This document shows, one piece after another, positions 1-26,100 of a DNA stretch of 64,000 bases. Source of the stretch: Acanthaster planci. Its lineage: Eukaryota. Position 1 is the stretch's first letter. Every line of letters starts with the position of its first letter. The stretch covers positions 646,938 through 710,937 of the forward strand of contig NW_019091356.1 of assembly GCF_001949145.1 (NCBI RefSeq), given 5' to 3'. The notes under the pieces were generated by a model. That model was not told where the DNA came from. It ran no database searches and saw only the letters and a program-made list of their open reading frames with translations. Both the position numbers and the translations under genes were made by a program.

Positions 1-2983
1 TCTTGCAGAATAACAAACATGTACATGATGCATACTGAGTTTTGTTGACCTTTATTCAAATTTTTGTTCTTTGTGGAAGAAACCAAACAAACTTTTTGAC
101 TTTCTCCACACCATTTCCTCGTAGTGTTCCAAGTAAACTAGATCCAAGACAAATTCATCCCATGTCAATTTCTGGCATTTTGGTCAGAAAAGACAGATAC
201 GGTACCTTATACTGTACTATAGACCTATACGGTACGGTACGCTGCCTTGTACAAGTACATGTTATGTACAGTGTACATGCCTTGTACATTTACATCACCG
301 ATATACATGTGTGTACATGTACAAGATAAAATTACATGTATTACAAACAAAACAAGTAAACTTTTTTTGTAACAGATCTTTGTATGGGGACTGCAGAACA
401 CAAGTTTGAGTGATCATGGCTTCCTAAGCGCTACTGAAAATGACAAGGAAGTGATTCAGGGCTACATGTACATGAACATGTACTCATTGTAAATGTACCG
501 GTACATGTATGTATGTTGTATCCAAATGTCAATTATGAACAATTCAATTTACAATGGCAACAAAAAAACAGACATCCGTCGGTGCATTCAATACAAAATA
601 ATATACTGGTCAATTAATCCAACTTGACGGACTCATTTCTGCTCTATCCACAATAACCTCATGTACATGTACATGTAGAAAGTCATGTACAGTAGGTGCA
701 TTTTTATGAACTTCACAGGCCTTAAAATCTCTGGAATATACATTAACAAAGACAATGCTTACATGTACCGGTACATGTACCAGTACATTATGAAAATAGA
801 TTTCATCAATGTTCTATTGATGGCTTCATCAATTGTCTAATGAATCTTCATTTTGTTTTGATGGAATACTTAAAGTACACAGTAACCACAAAACTACTCA
901 GTTTTTACCAGTGTATTTCAAGTTTACTTTCAGTTTTATTTCTATTGATTTCATGGACCACTGACTACCACAGCAATACAGTTCTACATGTAGTATCAAA
1001 GCTAACGGTAGATAATATCACAATTTCATTGCCAGAATGCAATAATGTCTACAAAAAATTGGAATCCTGACTTTTTGAAAACAAAACCGAATATCAGGAT
1101 ATCAGCAATGTAAAACCTGACACGGTACCGGTACGGTACATGACAGGGCTGAACCTCTTTTTCTGGCTCAACAAATTAAATGGCAAAAGTTTAACCCTCC
1201 AACAAGTGTGACATATTAATGGGCAGTATGTTAAGCCAAATCAAATTTCCCTGGTGCTATTATGTTATGTCAAATGCTAAGCTTTAGATAAAAACCACAT
1301 GGAACCAGCAATTTTCCAGAACAGTACACATGTACTCAAGCACAGACTCAAGCGCAGAGTGTTTACATAGACATGCAGGCTAAATGTTTGCATCTGCTTC
1401 AGAACACAGCATGTTGTTGTGGTTTACAAGGTACATGTACATCATGTCAATGTACATGTACATGTAGTGTACCTGTAAGCACACAATCTTGTCCACTATT
1501 TTGCTTCTACTTAGGAACATTAATTTACAAGTACATACATGTACTGGGCACTAGTATTTTACCATCACACCAATTATCGCCAATCAAAAGTTCAAGCTTT
1601 TGAGAATTCACGAGTGCCGAAGTTTTGAATTCAGAAAGCAATTTATTATTACTGAGTTCACAACATGTACTGTACATGAAACAATCAACAACCGCAGTTC
1701 GGCAGTGTGACATGTTCATAGTTTCTTCATACATGCAGATTGGGCTGCCAATACCATGAATATTAATAGTGACTGGTTTTCAAGCAAATTAGAATCAACT
1801 GCAGACAGATTACACCAGGAACAAAACAATGATCTGTCCGTTTCAGCTAGTACTGTAGTTGGTAAAAAGCTAGTTCTTTCAACCTATATTGTTTACGCAT
1901 AAGTATCAGTGAGTTTTTCGATCATGCACACTCATCCTATTGGTGATATCACTTGGGCAGAACTTAACTGCAAAAAAGATTAGCATCTACCTACACCAAT
2001 CAATATGCAAACAAAAATTAACATGCATTTTGTAAATACATGTACATGTACAAATCAGGTACCAAATAAACAAACCCAGCTTTCTTAGCTTTCATAGTCA
2101 ATTCAAAATGGCAAGATTCCCAGATCCCAACCGGAAGTTTAGCTGTATTTGCATTACTAAATCCAAAAGATCGTGCTGACCCCGAACTACTTATTTAAAG
2201 CTTGGATTATGTCAAATGACAGCCACTATTCAGAATATAATTTTCGGTTTTCCTGTGACAAAGGCTTAGCTCACAGGCCATCTGAGCTGGAAGCTGATGA
2301 AAGATAGTAAATTGAAATCAAAAGGGAAGGAAAATGATGAGTCAATGACACCACTGTGGCCATGAACATGCACTTAACTTGTACATGTACATGTAGACAT
2401 TCAGATAATACAGTGCTTTATGCATGCATCCTTTATACATGCAGCTAACATAACCTAAAGGGAGGAAACCACTAGCATTAGAGTTACCATAAACAATACT
2501 CTAGCCCTTACCAGCTGAACCCAACAAGGTTATGCAGGATTTCAATGGTCCCTAGGGGGTTAGGGTTAGCCATATCACTGTGCATTACTCCTGTGTTACC
2601 ACAGCATAACTGGCATAACTCACCTACATGTAACCCCATCAAGAAAACACATCTAATCCTCCAACTACCCCCTTCCCTCCCAAAATCATAATTTACCTGC
2701 ATCAACCTCTCCTGAAAGAAAGCTACAACTGTATAAGTTCGAGGTCTCCCGAAGGTCATGTCAATGTGATGACATGTAAAGTACAGTGCTGGTACCTAGT
2801 GGTCATCTTCTGAGTTTATGTAACTTCTTGCCAGGTTGCCATTCCCTTCTCAAAGCTTCTGAAGACAACTTGCTAATGCCTTTTTTTATTTGAAACACTC
2901 CCAAAGTTTACTTTTAGTTGCTCGGCTTTTAGAATTTTTGTGTGGCTTTTGTCAGGCGAAATTTTTCTTAGTAGCAATCTTAC

Positions 2984-5900
2984 CTCTGACAACAATCGAC
3001 ACGGCAGGACTACAGAGCTTTCCAAACACATTTGATGCACAGCACTGGTACCCTTCCTTTGTGCCTGGTGCTATCTCTTCACTGAGATTCAGAGACAAGG
3101 AACCATTCGGTAGGATCTCTACTGCTCCTGCTTGGCTGGATAACTCTTCTCCTCCTTGTCGCCAGGTTAAATTGATGGGATGTACTCCAGAAACAGAGCA
3201 GGGAAGAAGCACAGAATCACCTTGCTGTGCTGTAACACTGGATGGTAAGAACACGAAGTACAACTCAGGGATCGCTGTTGGAATTGATCAAGAAAAAACA
3301 AAATCGTTTATCATAATTTGTTCAAATAAACGACTGAAGAAGTACACATAAATTTCAAAATAAAATTTGTGTCAATCAAACACAAGGACTCAAATTTGTG
3401 CTTACATGTTAGAGCCAAGAAAACAAATTTGGAAGCTTACTTGAAGGTTTGTGTTTATTTCTATCCTTGCACACTGCACACTTGCAAATGTAGCTTCATG
3501 ACATGCTACTCCAAATTTCCACAACAGAAATTAATGACAATGTTACGTTCCTCACACGAACATAAGGGGAGCATGAATGAAACGAACATAAGGGGAGCAT
3601 GAATGTGTTTACACAAAACATCTGACCGAAGAAGTTGGACAACTTACACAAGTGCATAAAAATAAAAGCAATAGTACATGAATTGTCAATATATCTCGAT
3701 ACTTCTACAACTCACAGTTAAAATAATGAATGCTTCATGTTTCTAATCACAATTCCTAAATGCTGAAGTCTTACAGGTATGCTACATTATCATCTCACAC
3801 AAATGCCTAAGACAAACTGTTAACAAATCTGAATCAAGTCTCAAGCTTGGTTGGTGGTTGGACCTCAGCCTTACCCAACGGAAACAGGAGAAAATTTGTC
3901 AAACGTTGGCTTGATTTCTTCATGATTTTTCTCTATCTGATATCAATCACACATTTTTCACACCTTCCCTACTTTCCATACGTACAAATTTACATCCTTT
4001 ACAACAGTTCCACTGAAAGGAATAATTTAATCAGATTAACTTTCCAAGAATAACAGCCACTTATGATAGTTCAGCTACTGCCTCAGCATAAATGGAAACA
4101 CAGCAAGGACTGTTTTTTGTTGATATTACAAATTTACATTGGTGTCATGTTACATTGTATTTCTAGCATGACCCCAACAAGAGCTTCTTTTAAGCAGGTA
4201 AATTACAAATTTAACAGTCAATATCATAACTAAAGTGATCTGCAATTTTTGAAAGTCTATATCTTTTTGGAAATGCATCAGTGCACGTACAATTGCTTCA
4301 TAAAGGGCAAAGCAAGAACAAGTTTGAAGTACACGTACATGTAGGAAGTGTACAATAGTATATTTTGCTACTCGTTGGGCCAGCAGCAGCCAATATGAAG
4401 TAAACGATATTTAGCCAGCTGCACACAGACATCACCCTCTTTGATGCATTATGTACACAAGTTGGCCTATAAATGATATTCCATTACCTCTGATCCCATT
4501 AGATCTTTTGCCAAGTGGATAACGTGTACATCTTGTGAATATTACTGGAGATTTCTCATGTTTGGTTTGAGTCTCAGCCAGCACTATTTTTTTTCCCAAA
4601 TTTGACTAATATAACAATAATAATAAAGAACACTTACAGAGTGCACCTCGTATCTGCAATCGCACTCAAGGGTGATTGGTCCATGAAAGTAGCAGAGTTC
4701 ATGATCATTGATGGTCAAGTTTTTACAAATATTCTTCTGCTGTTATCATAACCGACTCCAACATTTAATGATTGATTGATTACACGTATTATATTTTCTT
4801 CTTCTGATTCGTAGCTCAGGAGGATTTTCTAGTCTAGAGAAAAAAGTCAACAATTGTAAAATGGTCCAATGCCCATCTCCTGAATCATCAAGTCACAATG
4901 ACAACTCAGCTGCAGAACCAGATTAAGATTTGGTAACAAGTTTTCATCCCATAAATACAGTCACTGTACATGTTCCATATTTATCCAGGGAATTATTCCC
5001 TTTAAGTAGCAAGAATGTTTGGAGTAATTTGGAACTGGTGTACACTATTCTGAGTACAACTTGTAACAGTTAAGTCTCCCTTGGCCTCCGTGCAGTAATC
5101 AAGTGGAATTTACAGTGTAACAACATTTTGTGTCAATAATCATGACAACGTCAAAAAACATAAAACCACCCACCATCATGACTATGGTGTTGTCGGCATG
5201 GTAAAGGATGCAAAGCTTTCCGATTCATTCTGACCCTGAAATGACCAGGTTGGGGACAAAACCACAATCTAGCGATGATGCCAGACTATGCATACGCCAC
5301 TCATTTGTGCAACAATGACATAATTTTTGACTATTTTTAGATCAGATGACATTGATCTTTTTATTGGCCAAAAACTGCAGTACAAATTGCTCTAATTGAT
5401 CAAATTTACAGGTAACATGCTACCCAAGATCTAAATGAAACTTTCCTTTCATTTGGTATCTATAAAAGCAGATAGAAGAGATTTTTCGGTCGAATCTTGC
5501 ACTGGATGTGTCGAATTTGGTAGGCAGGTGAATCGAAATCTGCCGATGAAAACGTTTACAAGAAAAAAATTAAGTTTTGCCGAAGGTTACTTTATAAATG
5601 CATGAAAATGTTGCCATTAAAAATCTCCATCTATTCACTGTGGCAAATTTTATGTTTACTGTGGCAATTTCCAAACTAGCGATCAGAACCAATTTTGCCA
5701 TAGACTCCAACGGTAACCGCAACGGCGGCCATGTTGGCTGCCAGCATTTCAAATCTCGTGATTTTCCCAAAATCGCATGGGAAAATTCCATCATCAAGTG
5801 ACCTAGTCAAAATGACATCACTGCCACTTGAACAAGTGACATAGGCCTAAGCAGAAAGTAGGAACATCGCTAGATTGTGGTTTGGTCCCCAACCTGATGA

Positions 5901-6400
5901 CCAATCAAAGCTGAAAAACATGCTTTCAGTTTCAATTTCAACAGTCATGGCAGTTCATAGCGAAACTTTAACGGTTCGCCAAGAGGCATAGCAAAGTAAT
6001 CTACAAAGTGAGTAGTCCCAGTAACCGTAACTTGGACCCTACAAATCACCCTTTTTTAACATTTGGACAATGTCGGGCAATAGTGGTCCAAGTTACTCAG
6101 ACTACAAAGTGAGAGACAACCAGTGAAACAGACTAAGAGTGGAATTTCTCACAGACCTCGCTACAAAAACAGCATATGGCATTAGTACAAACCAGCAGCC
6201 TGAGCAGCTCGCACTCAGGTACAGGCATAGGCCCCTAGCACTGTGACAGGTAAACAAACGCATCCGTTTCCAATGTACATGTACATGTCGGCCTACACGG
6301 TAAACCATGCGTACGGCTTACCTTGAGTCTTCCCATCAAACGCGGCGATTGTCACCAAAATCTGTATAACAAATGTTCCAAATAACGGTCTAATTATCAT
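2984..6400 (-). CDS. 5' part of an Ig-superfamily cell-surface protein (protogenin/IGDCC/DCC-neogenin-like); probably continues beyond position 1
   Basis: Exon 6400-6322 (ATG in AAC-ATG context, MIIRPLFGTFVIQILVTIAAFDGKTQ, signal-peptide-like, donor gtaagc) splices in phase 1 to exon 3274-2984 (291 nt, cag acceptor, gtaag donor). The latter encodes AIPELYFVFLPSSVTAQQGDSVLLPC...W...LPNGSL...GYQCCASNVFG, an I-set Ig domain resembling Ig1 of the protogenin/DCC family. No further exons found in 1-2983. Confidence 0.75.
5246..5896. mobile_element. Non-autonomous DNA transposon (MITE), about 650 bp, with 32-bp TIRs and a 5-bp TSD
   Basis: Left end CAGGTTGGGGACAAAACCACAATCTAGCGATG; the reverse complement of the right end is identical except for one base. 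Flanked by ATGAC on both sides (5241-5245, 5897-5901). Confidence 0.85.
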
Positions 6401-6894
6401 GTTGCTGTCGCTATTGCTTAGACTACATATTCTGATACGCTATTTGCATCGATTCGACGGTGTTCTTTTCGCTTTTCTCCTCAAAGTTTTAGCACGTGGA
6501 TCTCTCATCAAACACCACAGAACTTCGGCCATTTCTGGAAATGATGGTGCAGTGCATGCAAGCAGCGCTAGCTAGCGCGAGCGTTGTACGGTGGCTTAGA
6601 ACAGACGCACCGGATAACACATGCGCGCGGCGGCAATTTTTTCAACTTGAAGTCTAGAAGTGGAAACGGCGTGTGTTGAGTCCTCATTGGACAGAGTTTG
6701 AACAATGTCAATTATGGCACGTGCACACAAAATATAATGCACGCATACCCAAGGATGTGGGAAAATAATATTTAAAGGACCCACAGTGCTTTGCGACGAA
6801 TTCATTTTGCCTGCTTTGTGTCATGTCACCATGGAGAATAGCCTTATGATGATGGATGATCTATGATACTCGCAGTTGGACAGTTCTCTTCAAG

Positions 6895-7230
6895 CCAGAG
6901 CTGTAATGACTCAAGTCAGTACCTTGACTCAAGTCCGACTCGAGTCGCAATTTTTGGTGACTCGACTTGAGTCCCAACAGTTAAATGATTCAAGTTGAGT
7001 CTCTGCAACCAAATGACTCGACTCAACTCGACTTGAATCTCTCATGGAGACTCGACTCGAGTACAAGCTTATAAGACTCAAGTCTCAAAAAAATTAAAAG
7101 CAAAATTTTAGTTGGCAAGATACCTGTCACCATAATTTATTTTCAGTCTATATATTTTCAGTATGACTCGACTCAAGTCACCAAATTTAGTGACTTGTTA
7201 CAATTTGACTCTGCTTCAAGCAAATGACTC
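6895..7230. repeat. GACTC/GAGTC-rich repeat element (degenerate MITE-like)
   Basis: Dense array of gactcaagtc/gactcgactcgagtc motifs starting at cagagctgtaatgactc. Confidence 0.55.
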
Positions 7231-8420
7231 CAGTTCTTTTTGTCAAACTGTAGAGGTCAGTTGGTCAATTTCTGATAAACTTCATTTTGATTCTAAAGAA
7301 AAATAATGACTTAGCACTGAAATCAAGAAGCTAGCTATTCAAATCAAAAATCTTACATTTTTTCATATGTTTTGATCTATTTTATAGTTTATTTACATTT
7401 TGTCGCTCTGGGCATTTTATACAGCCTTCCCATTTTTACCTTTTACATGTATTCTTTATTCTTGAATTTTTTCTTTAAAGTAGTATTTAACATTTTCAAC
7501 AGGATCCTTAATTATTACATGGTGATTTAAAATAAATCCTAAATCTTTTTGAGAACTTTTTCTTCCTTGGCTTGTTTGATGAGAAAGAAAACGCCCTCTA
7601 GCGCTTATGTTGGAGCTGCAAAAATGCAACATGAGAGGGCGCTATACTCCTAGTCTTTCTCATCTTTGAAATTTTTTTACAGACCTGCTAATAGTGCTAT
7701 CGCTAGTGCTAAAAAGTGAAATAATTATGTCAGCGTCCACAGCAACGAACGGAATGTTGTAAGCCCGGCGATAAGCCCTAAGGTTTGAATAATTTTAATG
7801 GATGTGCTAGTGAAATTTAAGCGTTTTGATGTTTTTTGTACCTTATCTTCCTCTCTTTACCTTTGAAAGCTGTCGTACGATAGGCCTAACCATGGCCTAA
7901 CTGAATTCTGAAAGTATAGGGCCTACCAAAGACGATTGATTGGAAATATCTTGAGCAGCAGCATGTTTTTTATTCAGGGAGTGGTTTTGGAACATGCATC
8001 TGTTGGGTACAATTACTTGATCTGCACAATTTGTCAATCTAAGGATGGGTTTGCACAGTTACTCCTGTTAACTACACGAGTAGGATGCGTGCGCACTCAT
8101 ATGGCATTAAGCCCTACACCCAGATACAGGGGGTTACTCCCCACATAGCTAGAGTATACTCTTGCTGACCCACAGCGTACTCCAACTGTTCGAGCGCTTA
8201 GGAGTATACTTGTGTTAATATAAGTAGCTCGCTCGAACGCACCCTCGTACGATTTGCCAATAGGCCTTAATTACCATGCAATTGAAATAATCAAACAATG
8301 ATCAGCCAGTGGCAATGGCCTTTTTTCCTTACATCTTGTATTATTCTGTGAAAGATTGTTTGAAAAGAGGGAAGTACATGTAACTAGGTCTCGGCCGAAA
8401 GTCAGAGATTTCATGAAGGA

Positions 8421-8503
8421 TTAGACCAAGTACTTGCACGACTCCAAGTCACTACTCCGTGTCACACGGAGTAGTGACTTGGAGTTGTGCAAGTAAGGTC
8501 TAA
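8421..8503. repeat. Near-perfect palindrome (32-bp arms) in ULK4 intron 1
   Basis: 8431-8462 is the reverse complement of 8464-8495 apart from one G/T mismatch; outer ttagacc/ggtctaa also pair. Confidence 0.9.
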
Positions 8504-8726
8504 CTAATAGTGTAATGTGATCATGATTGACTGATGACACCCAACATATCTGCAAAAGGCTACATACACAATATTAGTTTAGAAGTCCAGAAATGTCAAT
8601 CTGAAAGAGTTCTCTCCTTTCTAGCTGCAATTGATGCAACAGTCTTGTAAACACTGGTCAATGTATAATCCATTCTTTTCTAATTCAGTTGAACTCATTT
8701 CAGTGAAGAAAGTAAGCCCTTGATGA

Positions 8727-20762
<12,036 letters not shown>

Positions 20763-21240
20763 AAGGCTTGGCATTTGGCTTGTAAGACTCTGCATCACAT
20801 GTGTCTGTCATAGCTTGCCTTACAAATCTGGAACATGTATCATAATCAGCTCGTGTCTTGAAGTTTATAAAAAGGTCCTCATTGCAGACATTACTAAGGT
20901 TTCCAGTGTGATGGCTTACAGTGAAAATCATTCATGATGTAATAATTTTATGAATAAAAATCAGACATTACTACAAAAATAAATGACTGGCAAAATGCTT
21001 CAGTTTGATCAGTTCAACAGCGTTGTCAGCCAAAAATGTCTTGTAGATGACTATGTTTGGCCTTTTCATAAGAGTGTGGTTTGGTTTAAATGCATGAGAT
21101 AAGTTTTCAATGGAATGTGTACAAATACATAGATTCAGCAGACTTGGTTGCTTAGCCTGCTTGCACAGTGCAGTGTCATTGATATGAAATATCCAGATTA
21201 AGAATTTATCAAGAACCATGGTCTTTATTTAAGAGAAATA

Positions 21241-21301
21241 CTTGGGTTTGTGTTTGAAGGGCTTGGGTTTGTGTTGAAGGGTTTGGGTTTGTGTTGAAGG
21301 G
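21241..21301. repeat. Short tandem repeat, about 20-bp unit ttgggtttgtgttgaaggg, three copies
   Basis: Direct inspection. Confidence 0.85.
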
Positions 21302-23150
21302 ATTTAACAAAAGCAATGTTTTGTACTATTTTATTTCTCATTTGGAAAATTACAAAAAATTTGAGCGGATTTGTATATTTAATGTCTTGAATAGTCTATT
21401 GAAATGCTCTTCATGCAAGTATATTTATCATTAATATTGTCATTCCATTATTTTTCACATATTAAGCTTTGTATATAATGTCATTTCATCAAATGTTAGA
21501 TACCAGTAATTCATCTATTTCTTCTGATTTCTAGAAATAAATTATAGCAGCTTTATTTGCAAATCTCAGCGTGGGCTGTATATATTAATTGGCTCTTTTA
21601 AACTTTGTTTACAGTGTTCAATACCGTCAGCAAGACAAAGGAAAGATGAATAGAAACGACTTCAGGTTTTAGTCATTAATCTTGCAATCTTTCCTTTTCA
21701 AAAGAACTTAGGAATTTTTTCAGTAGTTGTTTCAGTAGTCTGAGCTGTGCAAAAACTCTGACTGATATTTGCTTAATATTCTGCTTGGAAGTGCATCATT
21801 TGTTCTTCCGAACCGACTTCTTATGAACTTACATGTACATCCTCTAAACTAATGAATCTTATTAATGAGACATGTTTGTCCATGTAAACTACAGTAGGGA
21901 CTATCTGTGGCCAAAGGGAACTGAATCTTGCATTTCACACTTACCAGAGACACATGGCTTGCCTTATAGACAAAGTTCAAAACATGTTGAGAGAAAGATT
22001 ATCACAAGTAAATACTTGTGGAAGATTATATCAAGCCATTAAAGAAAGCACAAAGATAAGAATACTTCACTGATGATTCAGGCAAAATATTGCTGGTTGG
22101 TTTTTACTGCTTGTCCAATTCCATATTTTAAAAAGATATAAAAATTGGCTGATGAAATTTGAAGAAATTGTCCACATGTATACTGGTACATTTCACTGAT
22201 GACAATATCATGATAAAACGTTTATAAATGATATATTTTTGCTTTGAAGACAGATCATGCAGTTGGAAGTAAGATAATTCATTTCCGTTACTAGATTGCT
22301 TAATCATCTTCGCAAACATGACTTGGATGAAGAAAATTGAACATTTTGTCGCAAAAAGTTCACATCCCCTGGATAATTTCTCAGCTACTTCTGTTACAGA
22401 TCAAAGCGCAAACTTTGTCAATGATAACTGAATTCATCTAGGAATTGTGGGGGGCGTTTGCCTTCTTAAATGAGCAGTTGTATTTGACACTGAAATATAA
22501 CGCTCATGGTATTGTTATCCCCTGTATTACTAAACTATCATAGTTACCACTCGGACGTGGATAACTGGGCTCAAAAATATCCTCCAAACAGACATATTAC
22601 CTAGAAGCAAACAGTACACCCACCTAGTAGGGTATAGATGCTAGTAGATGTCTGCCTGCTATTATTTTTGGCATTTCACCCAAACAGAACACTCCTATTA
22701 ACTGACAAAATGCAAATAGTGAGGCATGCCATAGTGTGTTAGTCTTGTGAGTTGATAACCAAGAGAAGAAAAAGAGGAAGGTGTGTTTCAGAAGTGTTCA
22801 AACAGAGTGTACATCAAACAAGACCAGTTGGGGACTTTTTCTTTACAATAAAGCCGCCCTGAACCTAGACTTTGAACCCAGTAGAGTTTATTTTGTAACC
22901 AAGAGCCTCACTGATTGGCAGATAAAGGTCCTGGCGACAGTCATCCTCGTACACTTTGATCAAACTTACATGAGTGCACTTGCTGTGTGCGTAATAAGTG
23001 TGTACGTGTGATATCCGCTCTCGTCACAAATCAAGTTTCGTTTTTGTTGGTGGGGATACAACAGCAGTACAACAGCTCCACACTGGGTGCTTGTGCAGTT
23101 ATCAACTTTTGTGGTTGGTGAGGAGGTGTTGGTGATTTGGAATTACAGTC

Positions 23151-26100
23151 ATGGAGTGTCTCCGTGGATTTCATGTCTTGCTGTTCTGTACTGCATTTTT
23201 TATTGTTTCCTCAGCACCTGTTGGAGGTATGTGTCATCCCCTTTTGCCGGTTTTTGCCTCAACAAAACCCACTGTGAACAAAGTGCACAGATGTACACAA
23301 TTGCATTGATTTACATGTATAATCTAAAGACATCAGACACCTAGAAGTGAACATTTTGTTCAGTTTGTCATGCTTGACTTTGAGTTTTAAAATTGACATA
23401 GTTTAAGTGAAGTTGTCTTTGTCAACTTTGAAAACAAATTTTACAATGTGGAAGTCAACCTATGGCACAGATTTTGTTCTTGAGATTTATGTCAATGAAA
23501 ACTTAGGGAGAAAAATTCAAAATGGGATTTCATTCATTCTATAATTTCCTAAATTCAATTTAAAAGGCACCTGCCCACTGTTTAGAGATACATATTTTAT
23601 ACCCAGAAATTCTTTTGCATTATATCTAATTTTATTCCAGAACCAGAGGCAAAACTATCAAAACGGCATGACTTAACCAGTGATAAGGTAAACTATATAT
23701 CATTTTAATTTCAAAAATGTACCATTAAGTCTTTAAGCAGATAAGATCAAACCTAAAGTTTCAATTAAACAGTGCCTGTATTTCATGTGGGTTTCATTAG
23801 AGTTAAAAAGAATGGCAAATATGTTTAAAGATTAAACCATACTTGAAAATTAGCCAATAACAGGTTTCATTTCCCTTGTATTTTACAGGAGGAGCTTTTA
23901 GAAAAGGTATGTTGAATTTGTCTCAAAAAATGATAAGGTTTAAGCTAGGCATTGTTTGCTTCAGTGGCTATTGAAAATTTCTAACACTTCTTTTTGGTTT
24001 GCTGAATGTGTTGTTGGTTTTTCGGGGTTTTTTTTTTTGTTTTTTTTTCTTTTTTTTTTGTGGACGAAGTTTTATAAAATGTCATTTTTCCATCTCTCTA
24101 TAATTCCTTTTGCTTCCAAGGAGTTGTTTAATAATTTTAAAGACAGAAATTATCACTGTATGTTCCTTTGTGAGTTTAGGCTCAACTCCAAATAGGGTGC
24201 CCCCTTTTGTAAATGCTGAGTGCCTCCCCCCCTCCCAATTGCTGGATGAAAAGCATTGTAAAATCAGCTTCCTGTTTACTATAACACTGCCTCTATCATT
24301 AAACAAACCTTCCAATTTTTTTTTTATGCGGAAGATGATCAAGTATGACTCTTTTTTGTTTTTCATGTTTTGCAGATCAAAGACCTGGAGAATGAAGTAA
24401 GTGTTTCCTGTTGCACAAACTACAGTCACTTTCTAATAATCAAAATTAAAGTAAGCAGTGCAAGATATACAAGAAATTTAAGAAATAAGCCTCTGGAGAA
24501 GAAATCAGTTTGTTCATCAAATGAGAGAAATGTGCTAAAAAGTTAAACGTTAAATGGAAAAAGTCATTAAGACATTACACCAAGGCATTCCATGTGTTAA
24601 AACACTCACCTTTGTCAGGGTGACCTTCATTTCCTTTTATTCTTTTCAAGCTGCAAGGTCGAAGGTCAAGTCAAGTGCCAGGAGATGATAGCCCTGTGTG
24701 GGCAGCGGAGCATCGAAAGAAGGAAGTAGGAGGGATGTCGACCAGAGAATGGAACCTTGAAGAGGTGAGTGGAACAGGAGAATATGTAATAAAACTGAAA
24801 AATCCGTCTGTTATAAAAATGATGAAGTCACTATATCATCATTATATTCATGCTGTTGCATCATGGAGATGACAAAGTTAACATTTTTGACTTGTCCGCA
24901 GTGGTGTAACTACAAAGGGGAACCCCCCCAGCAGATGCCTATGCCCCCTGGGTGCCCCCCCCTCCAACATTTGAAATCTGTGAATATTCTCAGTTGAGTT
25001 TATCTAACTATGTGCGGCTTTTCTTCTGGTGCCCCTTGAAAAAGAATCAGCCCTAGTTATATTTAGCCCTAGTAATTTGATACAAATGATGAGACTATGT
25101 CATGAGGATAAAAGCAATACAATGGAGGAGTACTTTTTAAGTATCAGTCATTCAACTTCTCCTGGATTTTCATGTTATTTTTAATGATAAAAATTTCATT
25201 TCTTCAAATTTCTTCCTCATTTTGTTTCAGTCACTGCTTAAAAGGGGTTCCAAATCAGAAGTCGACAAGGATGATGAAGGTAGGCTTAAGTAATGATATT
25301 AATTCTTAATGTGTGCCTGTTTAGATCACTGTCAACTTTCCAAGGCTGACGTGGGAAGTAAGCCACCATAAACAATCACTTTTGTTCTTCATAGATTCCA
25401 GCAAGGAGGCACTGAAACGCTTCTTGGACAGAGAGTTTGAAAGTGGCAAATTTGTGGATCATCCATTCAGTAATGGCAAGCAGGGGCAAACACCAGGTAC
25501 AGAAATCATGGGACTTTGTGTATGATCAGAGAATAAGCTGTCATGGCATGCAGTAGGGTATTTTTTATTCGATGTTTCAACCAAGGTGAAATACCCTAAC
25601 TTACACTTTTGCATTAAAAATCTTTTGGTAATCAAGACTGATGAAGGATTTGAAGATGTGGTTTCTCACACTGTAAATTTTATTATTCGGGGAAAGAGCA
25701 AAAGGAAGAGGATGATGTTGACAGGGAGGTAAGATAATGATGTTTGTACCCTTTTTGAATAACAAGATCGTCTCAATGAATGTCTCATAGATTATCTTTG
25801 GAAATTTAATTACAGCATGATACATGGCAATAGTGGCTGCGAGATCAGTTTATCTAAAAAAGCGATTAAAAGATATCACTGAAGAGACAAAAATATCTAA
25901 TCATCAAGATCATGATCTGAATCAGCTTTAATCACTTTGATTTAAGAATTAAATTTGAATAAAAATTTCAAGTGACTTGCATTTTATTTTGCTTTCAAAG
26001 GTGATGCAGCTAACAAGTTTGACAAAGACGACTTGATGGCCATGCTGGATGATGTCAGCATCGACGACCTGAAAAAATTACTGAGCACCTTCGAACAACA

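Noticed and set aside
2890..3351. 153-aa plus-strand ORF
   Set aside because: Antisense shadow of the Ig-domain exon
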